This document shows, one piece after another, positions 61,359 through 64,000 of a stretch of DNA of 64,000 bases. Both the position numbers and the translations under genes were made by a program. Numbering within the stretch: the first letter of the stretch is position 1; every line of letters begins with the position of its first letter. The notes beneath the pieces were generated by a model. That model did no database searches and was not told where the DNA came from. It worked only from the letters and a program-made list of their open reading frames with translations. The stretch covers positions 1,072 to 65,071 of the forward strand of contig JACROU010000045.1 in the NCBI GenBank assembly GCA_016214265.1. Reading direction: 5' to 3'. This stretch comes from Candidatus Omnitrophota bacterium. GTDB lineage: Bacteria; Omnitrophota; Omnitrophia; Omnitrophales; JACROU01.

Positions 61359-61685
61359 ATGTCAGACTGTGACAAATCAGGAAACACCTGCAGCACCCAG
61401 CAAGCCGGCGAAGGTGAATGCTCGTCGAGCGCCTCAGAAACCTGCTGCCCCATTGAAATGGCAGCTCAAAAGTGGTCAGACAGTTTTTGCAAGGCCATGC
61501 AGGAGGTTCAGGTGGAAATCCTAAAACAAAAAATCAAGAAGGCTTGGGGAGCAGATATGGAAAAAGTCGGCGATGCCGTCATTGAATCGATGGGAGCTCA
61601 GTGGCATGCGATGCTCAGCAAAGCTAAAGCGCATGTCGATTTACGCGAGAACATCAAGAAGGTGTTTTTGTCAGGACAGAAGTAA
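61359..61685 (+). CDS. Small Cys-rich helical hypothetical protein
   Basis: AAGGAG Shine-Dalgarno; MSDCDKSGNTC..C..CCPIE..FC; followed by a hairpin. Confidence 0.75.
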   Translation: MSDCDKSGNTCSTQQAGEGECSSSASETCCPIEMAAQKWSDSFCKAMQEVQVEILKQKIKKAWGADMEKVGDAVIESMGAQWHAMLSKAKAHVDLRENIKKVFLSGQK

Positions 61686-61699
61686 ACAAGAACCCACAA

Positions 61700-61738
61700 T
61701 CCGGAGGAAGGAGCCGATTCACGCTCCTTCCTTTTGGA
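61700..61738 (+). terminator. Intrinsic terminator-like hairpin
   Basis: GGAAGGAGC-N8-GCTCCTTCC followed by TTTT. Confidence 0.65.
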
Positions 61739-61819
61739 GGGTGCGAAGGATTCTCCCCTTTTCTTCATTACTACAATGGTAACAGGGCATCAGAGAGCAC
61801 CTCGGAGGGGAAAGGCTCT

Positions 61820-62878
61820 TCATATCTTTCGATATCGTGTGCTTCGCCCCTGTCCGATACGCTCAATTTTTTTAAATTTAAGCAGACGGGAAAGAATTTG
61901 ATTCACGGTAGGAGGTACAATTTTTAGTTTTTTTGACAATTCAAGCCGTGTCACTTCATCCACTGTCTGTATATATTCCAAAACAAGTAGTTGTTTGGGA
62001 GAAAATAGTTTCTCGATGGCTTCTTTTGACAAAAGCGAAACACTCTGTTTTGCCTGTTCCAGGAGAATAGAAAAAAAGAAATCAAGCCAGGGCGCAATGT
62101 TTACATTCCTCACTTTTAATTTTTTCTGACTTTTTCGAAGCGCCAAATAATAATCGGGCTTGTTATCTTCTATCAGTTTTTCATAAGACACGTAGGGAAC
62201 ATACGCGTATCCTTGCTGCAATAAGAGAAGATTCGTGAGAACACGCGAAAGGCGGCCATTTCCGTCCTGAAAAGGATGAATGGCCAGAAAGTTGATCAGG
62301 AAATTTGCGATGATCAAAAGCGGATGAATTTTTTTCGCCTGAAACGAGACTGAAGTCCATTCAACAAGTTCCTGCATTTCTTTTGGGGTTAGGTAGGCCG
62401 ATGTTGTCTCAAAAAAAACACCGACAGACTCCCCCCCCGCGTCAACCATATGCACTTTATTTTCCACTTTTTTATATTCGCCCCGGTGAAGCTTGTCTTT
62501 ATCCACGAAACGCAATATCTCTTTGTGAAAATGTTTGATGGTGCTTTCTGAAAAGCGGATGTGATTGGCAGTTTCAAACACTTTTTGAAGAAGTTCGTAA
62601 TAACCTTGCACTTCCTGTTTATCACAATCGATGAATTTTTGAACGGAAATTCCGCGCATAAGCTTTTCAACGTCTTCATCTGAAAGATGGGCTCCTTCAA
62701 TACGCGTTGAGGAGCCAGTGGACATGATCAGCACCGATCGTTTCAGGCGTCCAAGGATCTGCGGACTGAGGTGAACACCGCCAACCCAGCGGCCTTTCAG
62801 CTCATCAATTTGGGCAATTTTTGTCCAAATCTCACCGGGTAATCGTTCGATTGGGGCATTTAATCTTTGATGCTGCAC
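61820..62878 (-). CDS. Fic-domain protein with a C-terminal winged helix
   Basis: HPFQDGNGRLSR; N-terminal inhibitory-type STRIEG; C-terminal G.GRSTRY. Confidence 0.92.
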   Translation of the reverse strand: MQHQRLNAPIERLPGEIWTKIAQIDELKGRWVGGVHLSPQILGRLKRSVLIMSTGSSTRIEGAHLSDEDVEKLMRGISVQKFIDCDKQEVQGYYELLQKVFETANHIRFSESTIKHFHKEILRFVDKDKLHRGEYKKVENKVHMVDAGGESVGVFFETTSAYLTPKEMQELVEWTSVSFQAKKIHPLLIIANFLINFLAIHPFQDGNGRLSRVLTNLLLLQQGYAYVPYVSYEKLIEDNKPDYYLALRKSQKKLKVRNVNIAPWLDFFFSILLEQAKQSVSLLSKEAIEKLFSPKQLLVLEYIQTVDEVTRLELSKKLKIVPPTVNQILSRLLKFKKIERIGQGRSTRYRKI

Positions 62879-62983
62879 AGGAGGATTCCTTTCTTCTATC
62901 CCAACTATACATGATTATACACGATTATAAACGAAAAGGAAAGTGACGAAAACCCATCACATTCCCTCACCCCGTCGCGACAC

Positions 62984-63024
62984 AAAAAAGGCCTTGGCTC
63001 ATTACTGAACCAAGGCCTTAAAAA
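62984..63024 (-). terminator. Terminator after tRNA-Glu
   Basis: Minus strand AAGGCCTTGGTTCA-gtaa-TGAGCCAAGGCCTT followed by a T tract. Confidence 0.8.
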
Positions 63025-63025
63025 G

Positions 63026-63100
63026 CGTCCCCAAGGGGATTTGAACCCCTGTCAGCAGATCGAAAATCTGCTGTCCTAGGCCAGACTAGACGATGGGGAC
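63026..63100 (-). tRNA. tRNA-Glu (TTC)
   Basis: GTCCCCATCGTCTAGTCTGGCCTAGGAC..GCAGA TT TTC GA TCTGC..GGGGTTCAAATCCCC TGGGGAC G; CCA not encoded. Confidence 0.93.
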
Positions 63101-63142
63101 GTGAATGATTTGGGCGGTCTTTAAACCGGTAAAAGAGCCGGG

Positions 63143-63151
63143 ATTATAGCA
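63143..63151 (-). promoter_or_regulatory. Extended -10 promoter for tRNA-Glu
   Basis: TGCTATAAT about 43 nt upstream of the tRNA. Confidence 0.55.
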
Positions 63152-63233
63152 TTTGAAAAAATCGTGTGGTAGCAAAATCCTTGACGCCCTCCCCTAATTT
63201 GACTTTGCCAAAATGGTGAGCTAGGTTTGTGGT

Positions 63234-63337
63234 ATGGCGACGGATAAGCGCTACTTAATAGATAGAGCGCACATCGGAATCCAAAAGAAGTTGAGCCGAA
63301 GACTCAACACCTTTGAGATTCAAAACACCGTCGCCAT
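63234..63337. ncRNA. Candidate structured small RNA or miniature element
   Basis: 10-bp terminal inverted repeat ATGGCGACGG/CCGTCGCCAT enclosing two hairpins; the minus strand has a cUUCGg loop. Confidence 0.4.
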
Positions 63338-63347
63338 TTTTATGTTT

Positions 63348-64000
63348 TTACACACTCCGGCGCTTTAACGACCCGCTTTGCAGGTGCTCCGCCCTCTCAA
63401 GAGGGGACGTTACGCCTACTTTCGGGCATAACGATTCCAGAGGACAATGCGCGCAATCGGGTTTCCGGGCCAAGCAAATCCGCCGTCCGTGAAAAATCAG
63501 CTGATGTGAAAATTCGGTCCAGCGCTTGCGCGGAATGAGTTTCATCAAATCGAATTCGATTTTAACCGGATCCGATTGCTTCGTCAGGCCCAGGCGGTTG
63601 CTCAACCGCTTCACATGCGTATCCACAGTAATTCCCGGCACGCCAAAGGCATTGCCCAAAATCACGTTCGCGGTTTTTCGACCGACGCCGTGCAGTTTCA
63701 CCAATTCCTCGAGCTTGGCCGGCACCTTCCCTCCGTGAATATGCTGGATATCTGCCGCCGACGATTGGATAGACTTGGCTTTGTTTTTATAAAATCCCGT
63801 CGAGCGGATATCCTGCTCCAGAGTTTTCAGATTCGCGCCGGCAAACGCACGCACGGACGGATATTTTTTGAAGAGTGGGGGCGTAACTTTGTTCACTCGC
63901 TCGTCGGTGCACTGAGCCGACAGAATGGTGGCCACCAGAAGTTCATGCGGGGTTTTGAAATACAAAGCGCATTTGGCATCGGGATGGGCTTTTTTGAGCC
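63348..64000 (-). CDS. nth: Endonuclease III (5' end outside window)
   Basis: LLVATILSAQCTD.RVN, L.GVGRKTANV, VDTHV, C-X6-C-X2-C-X5-C; the frame stays open to the window edge. Confidence 0.96.
   Translation of the reverse strand, partial: LKKAHPDAKCALYFKTPHELLVATILSAQCTDERVNKVTPPLFKKYPSVRAFAGANLKTLEQDIRSTGFYKNKAKSIQSSAADIQHIHGGKVPAKLEELVKLHGVGRKTANVILGNAFGVPGITVDTHVKRLSNRLGLTKQSDPVKIEFDLMKLIPRKRWTEFSHQLIFHGRRICLARKPDCAHCPLESLCPKVGVTSPLERAEHLQSGSLKRRSV

Noticed and set aside
60797-61453. 218-aa version of the HxlR ORF
   Set aside because: The extension overlaps the operators and the divergent gene; the domain starts at 61228.
1-64000. CRISPR array, integrase, transposase or prophage
   Set aside because: No regularly spaced repeat-spacer array and no recombinase, transposase or phage structural motifs were seen.

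Overview
64-kb bacterial window, almost entirely minus-strand coding. The giant-protein style and gene order suggest an anaerobic PVC-group organism such as Omnitrophota, which is inference only. Housekeeping genes include ppa, gltX, nadK-dxs-ispA-xseB-xseA-ymdB, apt, ppdK, glySQ, pyk, nth, tRNA-Arg(CCT) and tRNA-Glu(TTC). Three things stand out. (1) A giant ORF of at least 3,144 codons (9434 to the left edge) is missing from the ORF track. It has a signal peptide, a TIKI/ChaN-like N-terminal domain and a chain of unrelated enzyme modules (metallophosphoesterase, histidine kinase, carbamate kinase, GH162 beta-1,2-glucanase preceded by an internal Tat-like signal, SAM methyltransferase, NagB). 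Eight [AG]xSLG linkers sit at module boundaries, which suggests a self-processing polyprotein. (2) An 11-gene operon (57130-45747) combines CcdA/TlpA, an SDR reductase-SCP2 fusion, an EhpF/LuxE-like adenylating enzyme, a tandem U32 Fe-S protein, a class III aminotransferase, an alpha/beta hydrolase and an exported START protein, a candidate lipid-modification pathway. (3) A 2,508-aa protein joins three N-terminal repeats, a polytopic membrane region and a GH94 phosphorylase. Also present: a broken indolepyruvate oxidoreductase gene, a HigBA-type toxin-antitoxin pair, REP-like palindromes, several operator candidates and a candidate ~104-nt structured RNA. Family calls come from manual motif recognition; no searches were run.
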